From positions 1 to 45,218 of the forward strand of contig CAYQZZ010000011.1 of the NCBI GenBank assembly GCA_964422155.1: DNA of 45,218 nucleotides, given 5' to 3'. Below the pieces are notes generated by a model. It had not been told where the DNA came from, did no database searches, and worked only from the letters and a program-made list of their open reading frames with translations. This stretch comes from an uncultured Dehalococcoidaceae bacterium (GTDB taxonomy: Bacteria; Chloroflexota; Dehalococcoidia; Dehalococcoidales; RBG-16-60-22). This document shows, piece by piece, positions 20,968-29,813 of the stretch (position 1 is its first letter; each line of letters starts with the position of its first letter). Position numbers and translations under genes: made by a program.

Positions 20968-22731
20968 ATGTCAAGTGAAGTACGTTTTTCAGTAATAAGC
21001 CCCGAAGCTGGAATCCTGAAGGGTACGGGTGGATTTGGACCTCCCGGTATGGGCGGACCTCCGGGTAGACCTCCCGGTGGACCTCCGCCGGGTATGGGCG
21101 GACCGGCACTGTCTTCACCATCTTTTGCCAAGCGGCTGGACACACTGGAGAACAAAACTGTGTATCTGGTGGATATCGGTTTCGGGGGCGGCTATAATTT
21201 CATGCTGCAATTGCAGAAGTGGTTTACCGAAAATATGCCGTCCGTCACCGCGATAGTGAAGCGGAAACCGGGGAATGTGTTCATGGACGATAAGAATGAC
21301 CTCTGGGAGGAAATTAAAGCAAAGGGCCATGCCGTTGTCCTCGGCGTAGCCGGCTGACCGGGCTGTATTTCAGCGGTCGCTGGAGGCAGCACGAAACTTG
21401 AACAGAACTATGGTATCCCGGTTGCTCCTGTCTCAAGTTACACGATGGAAAGCGTTGCCAAGGATAACCCGAGAGCCGCTTCTTTACCTTTCATATATAC
21501 GCCACTTCCTGTGATAGGTATGTCTCCTGAAGTCCTCGACAGGTATATCGCAGGCAACGACCCGGATACCGGTAAACCTGTCATCAATGAAATAATCGAC
21601 GTATTGACAAAACCGGTAAGCAAAACGAAGCTGGCGCCTGAATCTCCCAAAACCGTAAAAGTCGGCGCTCCCCAGGAATTCCTTGAACCGGATACTGAAG
21701 ACAACTTGCAGCGTCTATTTTATGAAAGAGGGTGGACGGACGGATTACCCATCATACTTCCTACCGAGGAGCGGGTGAAGAAAATGCTCGCAGGCACCGG
21801 CGCTTCTCCGGACGAAGTGGTTGGTGAAACATTCCAGATGGATACCGGAAAACTTGTCAAGTACACTGTTGCCAATATTGCGGTTATGGCGGTCATGGCC
21901 GGCGCTAGGCCGGAACATTTTCCCGTGATACTGGCTGTTGCGTCCACCAGACAATCGTCGCTTATGCCCTCTACAACAGCCTTTTCAGCCATGCTTTTGG
22001 TGAATGGGCCAATTCGCAATGAGATTGGTATGAACTCCGGTATTGGCGCATTCAGTCCGGTAAATATGGCAAATTCGGTAATCGGCAGGGCATGGACGTT
22101 GATGAGCATTTGCTGGGGATATGCTAAGCCTAAAAAGACGTTGTGGAGTTCACAGGGGAGTAATCTTATCTATAATAATATGTGCGTTGCGGAGAATGAG
22201 GAGAGGAGCGTCTGGACGCCTTTTCATGTTGATAAGGGTTTCAAGGCTGAAGAGAGTGTGGTCAGTATCTTCCGGGGATGGGCTGTTATCAACAGTACCG
22301 GAGCAGCCTCCAACCGGACACTGGGGGAGGAACTGAATCTCGAGCTAGCCGTGATCCCGCCGCTTGATTCCGCGGCTACTATAATAATGGACCCGCTTGT
22401 TGCCAGGAATCTGAAGGAGAACGAGGGCTTTAGTACCAAGCAGGATTACTGCCGCTGGTTATCTAAGAACATCAAAATGCCGGCAGGACAATACTGGAAA
22501 ACAGATTATATAGATATGCTGGTGGCCTCTGAAGCATACAAGGGAATAGAGCCTTACGCTTCCTGGAAAAAGCTCCCCGATGACGCGCTGATAGCTCCCT
22601 ATCATAAACCGGACAATATTAATATCATTGTCGTAGGCGGAGAGACAAGTCCCTTATGGAAAGCTTCGGATTATCGCTACACAGCCAGCGTATCTATTGA
22701 TAAGTGGCGAGCGAATAAGTTGGATAATTAA
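20968..22731 (+). CDS. Candidate selenoprotein A (about 587 aa; in-frame TGA at 21355-21357 read as Sec in G-V-A-G-U-P-G-C). N-terminal Pro/Gly-rich linker plus Rossmann-like domain, C-terminal about 450-aa domain of unknown function
   Basis: ORFs 20968-21357 and 21445-22731 are in the same frame, separated only by TGA. The 87 nt between them keeps protein-level conservation with the paralog (E..YG[IV]P.AP[VI]). The paralog has TGA at the aligned position. A GU-loop hairpin lies 5 nt downstream. GGAGGA RBS at 20968. Confidence 0.6.
21362..21390 (+). promoter_or_regulatory. Putative bacterial SECIS element for selenoprotein A
   Basis: Lower stem GCUG(21362-65)/CAGC(21387-90), upper stem CAGC(21371-74)/GCUG(21379-82), apical loop GGUC(21375-78). 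The loop G is 18 nt from the UGA. This is the same loop as the E. coli fdhF SECIS. Confidence 0.4.
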
Positions 22732-22842
22732 TGCGAGGACGGAACACGCGGGCTTCCGGATAAGCCGGCTGATTATGACTAATTTTTCACGGGCTGTTTG
22801 CCGTGCGTTTAATAATTCGGAATTTAACCAATAAGGAGAGAG

Positions 22843-24534
22843 ATGAAGAAGAACGGAAAAATAACAGTATTAGACCCGAGAGGCCAGCCTACCGGCATCT
22901 TCGGGCGGCGGCTTGACCCCGATTCGCCTCCCTTTGCTATTCACGACCCCGTAAACCAGCCGAGAGATACGGCTGAAGCCTTGGGCGCACTTAAAATGGC
23001 GCCGCGCCTCGATAGACTGGAAGGCAAGACCGTTTACCTGGTTGATACGGGATTTGCCGGCGGCGCGGATTTTATGGCGGAGGTCCAGGACTGGTTTACC
23101 CGTCACCGACCGGACGTGAAGACCGAGCTGCGCCACAAGAAGACCAGCATGTTCACCGACGAGCCGGAGCTCTGGGCTGAAATCAAGAAAAATGGCGACG
23201 CGGTCGTCTTCGGCGTGGGCGGCTGAGACGGCTGTTCGGCGAGTATCGCCGAGTTTGCCCGGACGATGGAGAGCGACTACGGGGTGCCGACAGCTCCTAT
23301 TGTCACCGCCCGTTTCGCGGACTATGTCCAGCGCGACGGCCGGAGCCACGGCATGAACCTCCGCTGGAGCTTTCCCCCCTACCCTGTAGGCTTCATCCCC
23401 CGCGAGACACTGCATGGCTATGTCGAGGGCAATGACCCTGTTTCCGGCGTACCCCTCATGGAGGAGGTTATTTCCGCCCTCACCCAGCCGCTGACGGACG
23501 CAGAGAAAACCTACAAGGCGGAAAAGAGACCGAAACGGCCGCGCCTGCTCGAACCGGATACCGAGATGAACCTCCACCGCCTCTTTTTGGAAAACGGCTG
23601 GACTGACGGTCTCCCTATCGTCCTGCCCACCGAAGAGCGCGTAGCGGAGATGCTTACCGGCACCGGCCGCGACCCCCAGGAATTCGTCGGCATGATGTCC
23701 GTGACAACCCATGAGGAGAGGCTCCAGTATGCGGTGGAGAGAGTCGCAGTCATCGCTGTCATGGCCGGGGCCAGGCCGGAGCACTTCCCGGTTATCCTGG
23801 CGTTAGGCGCCTCGGGGCGGCCTTCCATGCCCAGCTCGACGACTTCCTTCGCGAGCATGATGGTGGTAAACGGTCCCATCCGCGACCAGATAGGGATGAA
23901 CAGCGGCCTTGGCGCCTTAAGCCCGGTCAATTACGCCAACTCCGTTATAGGCAGGGCATGGACGCTGATGAGCATTAACTTCGGGGATGTCCGGCCTGGA
24001 GCCACATTCACTGCCAGCACCGGAACCACAATCAATTACAACAACATGTGCTACGCCGAGAACGAAGAGAACAGAGTCTGGCAGCCTTTCCACGTGCGTA
24101 AAGGCTATAAGGCAGGTGAAAGCACGGTGAGCTTTTTCCGAGGCTGGAGTGTCCTCGGCTTCAATACTGGCCCAGTCCAGCGGATGCTGGAAGTCATGAA
24201 AAGTATCGGCGGCCCCTTCGGCGGCTCGTTTACTTTCGTTATCGACCCCCTCGTGGCAAAGAGCCTGAAAAAGGAAGGCTATGATGACCCGTTCAAGCTG
24301 AGTGAGTGGCTCGTGAACCAGACGAATGCCCGTTTCAAGCGCCCGGAGATGGTGAACTTCGTCGTCGTCGGCGGTGAAATGAACCCGATGTGGGTTACGA
24401 CTGATTTCTCTTATTTCCAGACGGTCGTTATAGACCCGTGGATTCCTAAAGCCGGCATCAAGAAAGACGCCAGACCGCTCCGGATGCCGGTGGCATTAGC
24501 CTGTAAGGATGGTTCCTGCGGCATCTCGCATTAG
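22843..24534 (+). CDS. Candidate selenoprotein B (about 563 aa; in-frame TGA at 23224-23226 read as Sec in G-V-G-G-U-D-G-C), paralog of selenoprotein A but lacking the Pro/Gly linker
   Basis: ORFs 22843-23226 and 23266-24534 share a frame across a single TGA. The N-terminal domain aligns with A (LEGKTVYLVDTGFAGG / LENKTVYLVDIGFGGG; VVFGVGGU / VVLGVAGU). The C-terminal domain aligns along its length (GWTDGLPI[IV]LPTEERV, AVMAGARPEHFPVILA, NMC.AENEE..VW). AAGGAGAG RBS. Confidence 0.6.
23235..23253 (+). promoter_or_regulatory. Putative bacterial SECIS element for selenoprotein B
   Basis: Stem UUCGGCG(23235-41)/CGCCGAG(23247-53) with apical loop AGUAU. The loop starts 16 nt after the UGA and contains GU. 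Confidence 0.35.
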
Positions 24535-24567
24535 TTGCTTATAATACGGAAAGGAAAAGTTTTTATC

Positions 24568-25515
24568 ATGAAGGACCTAAAAGGAAAAGTAGCTTTTATT
24601 ACCGGCGGCGCCAGCGGCATCGGGCTGGGGATTGCCAAGGCCTGCGCCAAATACGGCATGAAGGTGGTCATCGTTGATATGCGCCAGGACGCTCTGGATG
24701 AAGCGACGGCTTATTTCAAAAAGGCTAAACTGCCTGTCCATCCCATCAATCTGAACGTTACCGACCGCGTCGCTTATGTTAAAGCCGCCGATGAGGCGGA
24801 AAAAGTCTTCGGCAAGATACACGTGCTGGTCAATAACGCCGGCGTAGGCTCGGGCGGTCCGCTGGAGAGATTAACTTACAAAGATTGGGATTACAGCATG
24901 GGCGTCAACGTAGGCGGCGTTATCAACGGTGTGATGACGATTGTACCGCGCATCCTGAAGCACGGGGAGGGCGGCCACATCGTCGCCACTTCCTCGACCT
25001 GCGGCCTTATGGGCTCGAGCAACTTCTCTATCTACTGCACGACCAAGTACGCCGTGGCAGGCTTGATGGAGTGCCTCGCTTCCGAGCTTCAGAATAAAGG
25101 GATTGGGGTTTCGATACTGGTTCCCGGGCCGACGATGGGCAATCTTGGTTTATCCTCTTTTGTCAATCGCCCCGCTCATCTAAGGAACGAGGGAGAAACC
25201 TGGCCTCCTAAAATGCCTCCGCCCCCGAGGGACGGTCAGCCGCCCCGTCGGCCGCCGGGGGAAATGAAGGATGTATTTATGGACCCGGCAGAGACCGGCG
25301 AGCGCGTATTGCGGGCTATCAAGAATAACGACCTTTTCATCATCACCCATACGGAATGGAAGGCGGGTTTCAACGCCCGCAACGAAGCGATAATGCGCGC
25401 CTGCCCGGATGAGCCGCGGAATGAAAAGCGCTGGGAAGTAATTCAGCATTTCGGGGATATAATATATAATGATATTTATGATAAACAGAAACAGATAGGC
25501 CCGCCTGACTGGTAA
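24568..25515 (+). CDS. SDR family oxidoreductase with Pro-rich C-terminal extension (SDR-B, paired with selenoprotein B)
   Basis: ITGGASGIGLG motif and YCTTK catalytic motif. AGGAAA RBS before the ATG at 24568; the ORF-track start at 24535 is an upstream extension. Paralog of 19951-20922. Confidence 0.9.
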   Translation: MKDLKGKVAFITGGASGIGLGIAKACAKYGMKVVIVDMRQDALDEATAYFKKAKLPVHPINLNVTDRVAYVKAADEAEKVFGKIHVLVNNAGVGSGGPLERLTYKDWDYSMGVNVGGVINGVMTIVPRILKHGEGGHIVATSSTCGLMGSSNFSIYCTTKYAVAGLMECLASELQNKGIGVSILVPGPTMGNLGLSSFVNRPAHLRNEGETWPPKMPPPPRDGQPPRRPPGEMKDVFMDPAETGERVLRAIKNNDLFIITHTEWKAGFNARNEAIMRACPDEPRNEKRWEVIQHFGDIIYNDIYDKQKQIGPPDW

Positions 25516-25734
25516 ATCGGTCGTGGCTTCTTGGTTACGGAGAGGATGCGATGGAAAAACAACAGGACTGGAAAAAGGCACTAAAGGCAGATCCAACCGA
25601 GTGGCTGCTGGAGCCGGATGACCCCGGGGTAAGGTACCTGGCCTTGCGCGACATAGTTGAAGCTGATTGACAACAGTGCCATACATTATCTGCTCTCAAA
25701 CACTACCCGGGTTTTTTCTATAAAGTCCGTATGA

Positions 25735-27528
25735 TTAGGGCGCACCAGCATCATAAACAATTTTACCGCCAACGACAGTCATTAAATTCTGTATATCTCC
25801 TATCTCCTTCGGGGAAATAGTCAAGATATCTTTGTCCAGAATACAGAAATCAGCCAGCTTGCCTACCTCGATAGAGCCCTTAATATCCTCCATATGGTTT
25901 AGCCAGGCACCCTCAATGGTGTACATGCAGATGGCTTGCTCCGCGCTAAGCCCTTGGAAAATAGCCCCCTGTATCCCCAGTTTCCAGTCTGGCCCGGCAC
26001 AAGGAGCATCAGAGCCTCCAGCAACATGAACGCCACGATCAATCAACTCCTTTAATCCCGATGACATTGATCCTGTTGGCATAGCTGGCATACCGCCAAA
26101 CAGTTGCATAAGTTCAAGCATCATACCCGGCTGGGTCGAAATACCAATATCGCATTCAGCCATACTTCTTGCCTTTTCTACTGATATGGCGGCACCATGT
26201 ATAATATAATGGCGTAGACCTTTCGGATTATTATGCTCAGCCTTGATGAAGCTGTCGGCGCAGACATCAGAGGCTCTGTCACCGATAGCATGGATACCTA
26301 CCTGAACACCGAGTTCATGGGCATAGGCGATGATGTTTGCCAGAGATTGGATGCGTTCTTCGTCTGTCTCTCCAGGCGAATTAAGAGTCCCGTAGCTGCC
26401 GTCAGGGTACGGCTTATAGTTCCAGGAAGTCCGCATCATCGGGTTGCCGTCAGCGAAGAACTTGGTACCGGATATTCTTAGCCACCCATTGTCAAAGCTG
26501 CCGTGCATGTCGGCGGATGTTAGGCCTTTTTTTATTTCGTCAATATTGCAGGTATTATAAGGGGTAAAGACCTCCAAAATGCTGACCCGCATCGTCAGCT
26601 TGCCCTCATTGTAGATTTCCTGGTAAGCGCGGATACACTCATCGTCCCAGGTCCCTTGATAATCCCCGCGGGTGCCGGGCCCCAGGGCGCCGTTGGTAAT
26701 GCTGGTTATCCCCAGTGCATTGAGCTCACGCATGGCCGCCAGGGCTGCCTGTTTTTTATCCTCCAAATCATAAGCGGGAAGTGCTTTTTTTACCACCAAA
26801 TCCATAGGCATACCCTTTAGTAAACCAGTAGGTTCTCCGGTGTCTCTGTCTTTGACAATCTCCCCTATCGCAGGGAACGGAGTATCCTTGGTGATGCCAA
26901 CAATCTCAATGGCCTTACTGTTAAGTAAATCAACGGGTGGTAAAAAGCTAAAGTAACCGACAGTAAGACAGACTGGATTATTCGGAGATACCGGGTCTAG
27001 ATCCCACCGTGTTGGGAGCTTGGCTGGGTATTGCTTATATTCCTTTATAGCATCCAAATTTAGCCCTATACCAATTATCCACTCGCCTGGTTCAACCGTT
27101 TGAGCCTTCTTCTCCACTGCAATCACGATATCAGCAATTGTCTTTATTTTCGGGTCGGTGAGATCAATTACTAAAGGAGACTTCTCACTGCCGAAGAGAA
27201 TGCTATGAACATGCGTATCATTGATTCCTGGAAGCATGGTTTTACCCTTAAGGTCCAAAACCTTCGTATTCTTGCCGACTAACGTTTTAATCTCCTCATC
27301 CGTACCAACGGCGATAATTTTGTCGCCTTTCACCGCCACCGCCTGCGCGATAGAGAAGCTTTTGTCAACCGTGACTACCTTGCCATTGTAGATGACCAGA
27401 TCAGCCGCTTGCTCCTCAGGAATATTCGCCGGTGACAGCCCTCTGTCGCAGGATGTCATCAGGGGTAAAGAGACTAAAAGCAGGGCCATAAGGAGACCAA
27501 GGAATAGTACAACCACTCTGTTTTTCAT
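25735..27528 (-). CDS. Amidohydrolase family protein (amidohydrolase_3-type), secreted lipoprotein
   Basis: About 597 aa from MKNRVVVLF... AAGGAGGG RBS. Signal/lipobox ...LPLMTSC. Metal-binding HxH near the N-terminus (NDTHVHS) and a C-terminal D-containing motif typical of amidohydrolases. The ORF-track start at 27597 is an upstream extension. Confidence 0.85.
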   Translation of the reverse strand: MKNRVVVLFLGLLMALLLVSLPLMTSCDRGLSPANIPEEQAADLVIYNGKVVTVDKSFSIAQAVAVKGDKIIAVGTDEEIKTLVGKNTKVLDLKGKTMLPGINDTHVHSILFGSEKSPLVIDLTDPKIKTIADIVIAVEKKAQTVEPGEWIIGIGLNLDAIKEYKQYPAKLPTRWDLDPVSPNNPVCLTVGYFSFLPPVDLLNSKAIEIVGITKDTPFPAIGEIVKDRDTGEPTGLLKGMPMDLVVKKALPAYDLEDKKQAALAAMRELNALGITSITNGALGPGTRGDYQGTWDDECIRAYQEIYNEGKLTMRVSILEVFTPYNTCNIDEIKKGLTSADMHGSFDNGWLRISGTKFFADGNPMMRTSWNYKPYPDGSYGTLNSPGETDEERIQSLANIIAYAHELGVQVGIHAIGDRASDVCADSFIKAEHNNPKGLRHYIIHGAAISVEKARSMAECDIGISTQPGMMLELMQLFGGMPAMPTGSMSSGLKELIDRGVHVAGGSDAPCAGPDWKLGIQGAIFQGLSAEQAICMYTIEGAWLNHMEDIKGSIEVGKLADFCILDKDILTISPKEIGDIQNLMTVVGGKIVYDAGAP

Positions 27529-27665
27529 CGCATCCCTCCTTCGGTTCAGTGAACCATGGTTTATTGGTGCGTCGTCAGCATTTATAGCGCAACCCACGTA
27601 ATAGACAATTTAGTTAATTGAATTCTTCTTATCAAGTCAAGTGGTTATATTGTAGCTTTTATCGC

Positions 27666-28256
27666 TTAGTGGCCCTCATGGGGAACGTCATACCTCGGCG
27701 TGAGTGCAATAATCACCATGGTGATGGCTTTGTCCACCTTCTTGAAGTTGAGGGGGCAGTGCGGCATGCCTTTGGGGAAGAAGAGCACCGTGGGGGAGGT
27801 GATAACGTACCTTTCTTGGTCCTCCCCCTGGCCGATATAGCATTCAATCTCGGCATCGAAATCCGAGATGTCCTGTGGGTCAGAGCCGAAGAACATCATG
27901 AATTCCTCAAAGTCGTGTGAGTGCGGGAAGGGGACCATATCCACGGGCTTGGTGATGAAGCGATATATGAAGCGGCAATTGGCGTTTTCGTAGTTTTCCC
28001 CTTGCAGGTCTATCCACGGCCCATGTATCGGCCCCGGCTCTATTGGTAGCGGGGTCACATACTTAGCGTACTTTCCGGCTGTCATCACTCCATTAGTCTC
28101 CTCATTGGCCGAGGCCGTAGGTGCCTTCACCGGCACTGCCGCCGGCTCTGTTGTCGGCACGGGGGTCGTGGTACAGCCAGTAAAGATGCTTACTGATAGC
28201 GCCAGTACCAGAAGCCCTGCCAGCAAAATACTTACCAACTTCTTTTTACTTTTCAT
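27666..28256 (-). CDS. Cupin-like small protein family member 1 (lipoprotein version)
   Basis: 196 aa. Signal plus lipobox ...SIFTGC. Core shares PHSHDFEEF, DFDAEIE and P.G..H.P motifs with 33374-33799 and 36312-36872. Confidence 0.7.
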   Translation of the reverse strand: MKSKKKLVSILLAGLLVLALSVSIFTGCTTTPVPTTEPAAVPVKAPTASANEETNGVMTAGKYAKYVTPLPIEPGPIHGPWIDLQGENYENANCRFIYRFITKPVDMVPFPHSHDFEEFMMFFGSDPQDISDFDAEIECYIGQGEDQERYVITSPTVLFFPKGMPHCPLNFKKVDKAITMVIIALTPRYDVPHEGH

Positions 28257-28610
28257 TTGATTCCTCTATTTGCCCTATTCTACCACTGTCCAGGCAAAGC
28301 CTACTAACATATTCTCCAAGAAGGGTATGAAGTGGCTCTACTCTTTAGAAATGACCACAGAAGAAGATGATATGTTATCTATTTGAGTCTCCATAGTCAA
28401 GGTAATAATAGTAAGCTTGGTTGCCTATTCTGGCGTAGAGTTCAGCTACGTTTGATGTGGCATGTTTCAGAGGATGCTTGAACTCTGTAAATTGTCGGGA
28501 AATTTGAGATAACAATTGGGCGTTTTGTTGAATTATCGCTGTGGAGGTTTTATTATTATCCCAGTGCCGGGATTTTACTTAATTCAGTTTGCCAAAACTT
28601 GAAGAAGGTC

Positions 28611-29066
28611 ATGGAAAGAGAACATCGTATTTCTGCCGGGGCTATTATCATACAGGGAGATAAGATTCTGCTTGTAAGGTATAACAATACCGATGGGACG
28701 AGTTTCCTGGCTGGACCGGGAGGTGGCGTTCTAAGTAATGAAGGCATTTACCAAGCTGTAGTAAGAGAAGTAAAAGAAGAGACCGGGCTTGAAGTTAGTC
28801 CTTACAGAGTACTCTTTGTTGAAGATTTACTTTCTCGGCGATATAGAATAGTAAAGATTTGGCTTCTCTGCAACGTTATCGGTGGACAACTGGCAAATAC
28901 TCAGGGGGCGCTCGAAGAAGGCATTATCGAGGCTAGATGGTATCGCAAAGACCAATTAGAAAATGAAGTGGTTTATCCACCGGTGCTCTTAAGTCATAAT
29001 TGGGACACTTTTTTCCATGATAATTGGGAGTCGAAGTATTTGGAACTAAGGATGACTAATTTCTGA
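28611..29066 (+). CDS. NUDIX hydrolase
   Basis: NUDIX box GGGVLSNEGIYQAVVREVKEETGLEV. The ATG at 28611 is preceded by GAAGAAGG; the ORF track offers an alternative TTG at 28599. Confidence 0.8.
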   Translation: MEREHRISAGAIIIQGDKILLVRYNNTDGTSFLAGPGGGVLSNEGIYQAVVREVKEETGLEVSPYRVLFVEDLLSRRYRIVKIWLLCNVIGGQLANTQGALEEGIIEARWYRKDQLENEVVYPPVLLSHNWDTFFHDNWESKYLELRMTNF

Positions 29067-29391
29067 CTATATCTTGAGCCAGCCCGACTCGGGTAACAAA
29101 AGTCCATTCTGTGCAACTGACCTCTATTTGTGCAAGAGTTAAATACCCGGTTAGGAATTGCTCTTAGACCAGCTCCCGATAACTGGATATTTGCTAACGG
29201 ATTTGCTAACGAACTTGGTGGCATGGGGTCACCAGACGATATAAAACCCCCTTATTATGCCCGGTTTTAGCTATAAAACGGCGCTACACGACACCCGAAA
29301 ACACGGGGCGGGACGGCCTGCAAAGGACTGCAAAACCCCAATTCGGCGGTCCGAATCCGCCCGTCGCCTCCATCCCCTTCAAAGATGCCCG

Positions 29392-29436
29392 ATATAAAAA
29401 AGAAAGACGGGTTGCCATTTGCTCCGGCAACCCGCC
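29392..29436 (-). terminator. Rho-independent terminator of the 29459-29716 gene
   Basis: On the minus strand: GGGTTGCC-ggagcaaat-GGCAACCC followed by TCTTTCTTTTTTAT, immediately downstream of the stop. Confidence 0.6.
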
Positions 29437-29458
29437 CATACCATGCCAATCACGTGCC

Positions 29459-29716
29459 TTACGATAAACAGGCTTCTATCTCATCCTCGTAGACGACTAT
29501 CTCTTTCCTCTCCTTGCCCACGCGCACGTTATAGATATAAAAGACCTGGCCGGTACGCGGGCTTATCCAGTAGAAATTGGAAACTTCACCCACCTGCCCG
29601 GCATACAGATTAATATCATTTTCGCGCTGCGTTAAGCCCTTCTCGCTGACAGGCCGTATGATAACCCTCTGCCCTTTTACGTACCTGGGCTTTATGACAT
29701 TCTGTTTCATCGTCAT
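29459..29716 (-). CDS. Hypothetical small protein (85 aa)
   Basis: Clean ORF with a strong intrinsic terminator downstream. No family recognised. Confidence 0.55.
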   Translation of the reverse strand: MTMKQNVIKPRYVKGQRVIIRPVSEKGLTQRENDINLYAGQVGEVSNFYWISPRTGQVFYIYNVRVGKERKEIVVYEDEIEACLS

Positions 29717-29813
29717 TTGCGCATAATAATACTAAATTAATTATTTGTCAATATTTTTTACAAAATATTTCCGCAATTTTAAGTTAATTAAATACTCAAT
29801 AGAGTTTTTTCTT

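Noticed and set aside
20919-21155. Minus-strand ORF encoding PIPGGGPPGGLPGGPPIPGG
   Set aside because: It is the mirror image of the plus-strand Pro/Gly linker codons of selenoprotein A. The plus frame has the RBS and continues into a conserved domain.
21355-21357. TGA interpreted as an inactivating nonsense mutation (pseudogene) or as separate small and large genes
   Set aside because: The same codon sits at the same motif position in a second, compositionally distinct paralog (23224-23226). Protein-level conservation continues in frame through the 40-90 nt after each TGA, and both have downstream GU-loop hairpins. Independent nonsense mutations at the same site are implausible.
22870-23784. 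304-aa minus-strand ORF covering most of selenoprotein B
   Set aside because: It is antisense to a sense frame with clear paralog-level protein conservation, and it has no RBS. It is an open antisense frame created by the high GC content of this segment.
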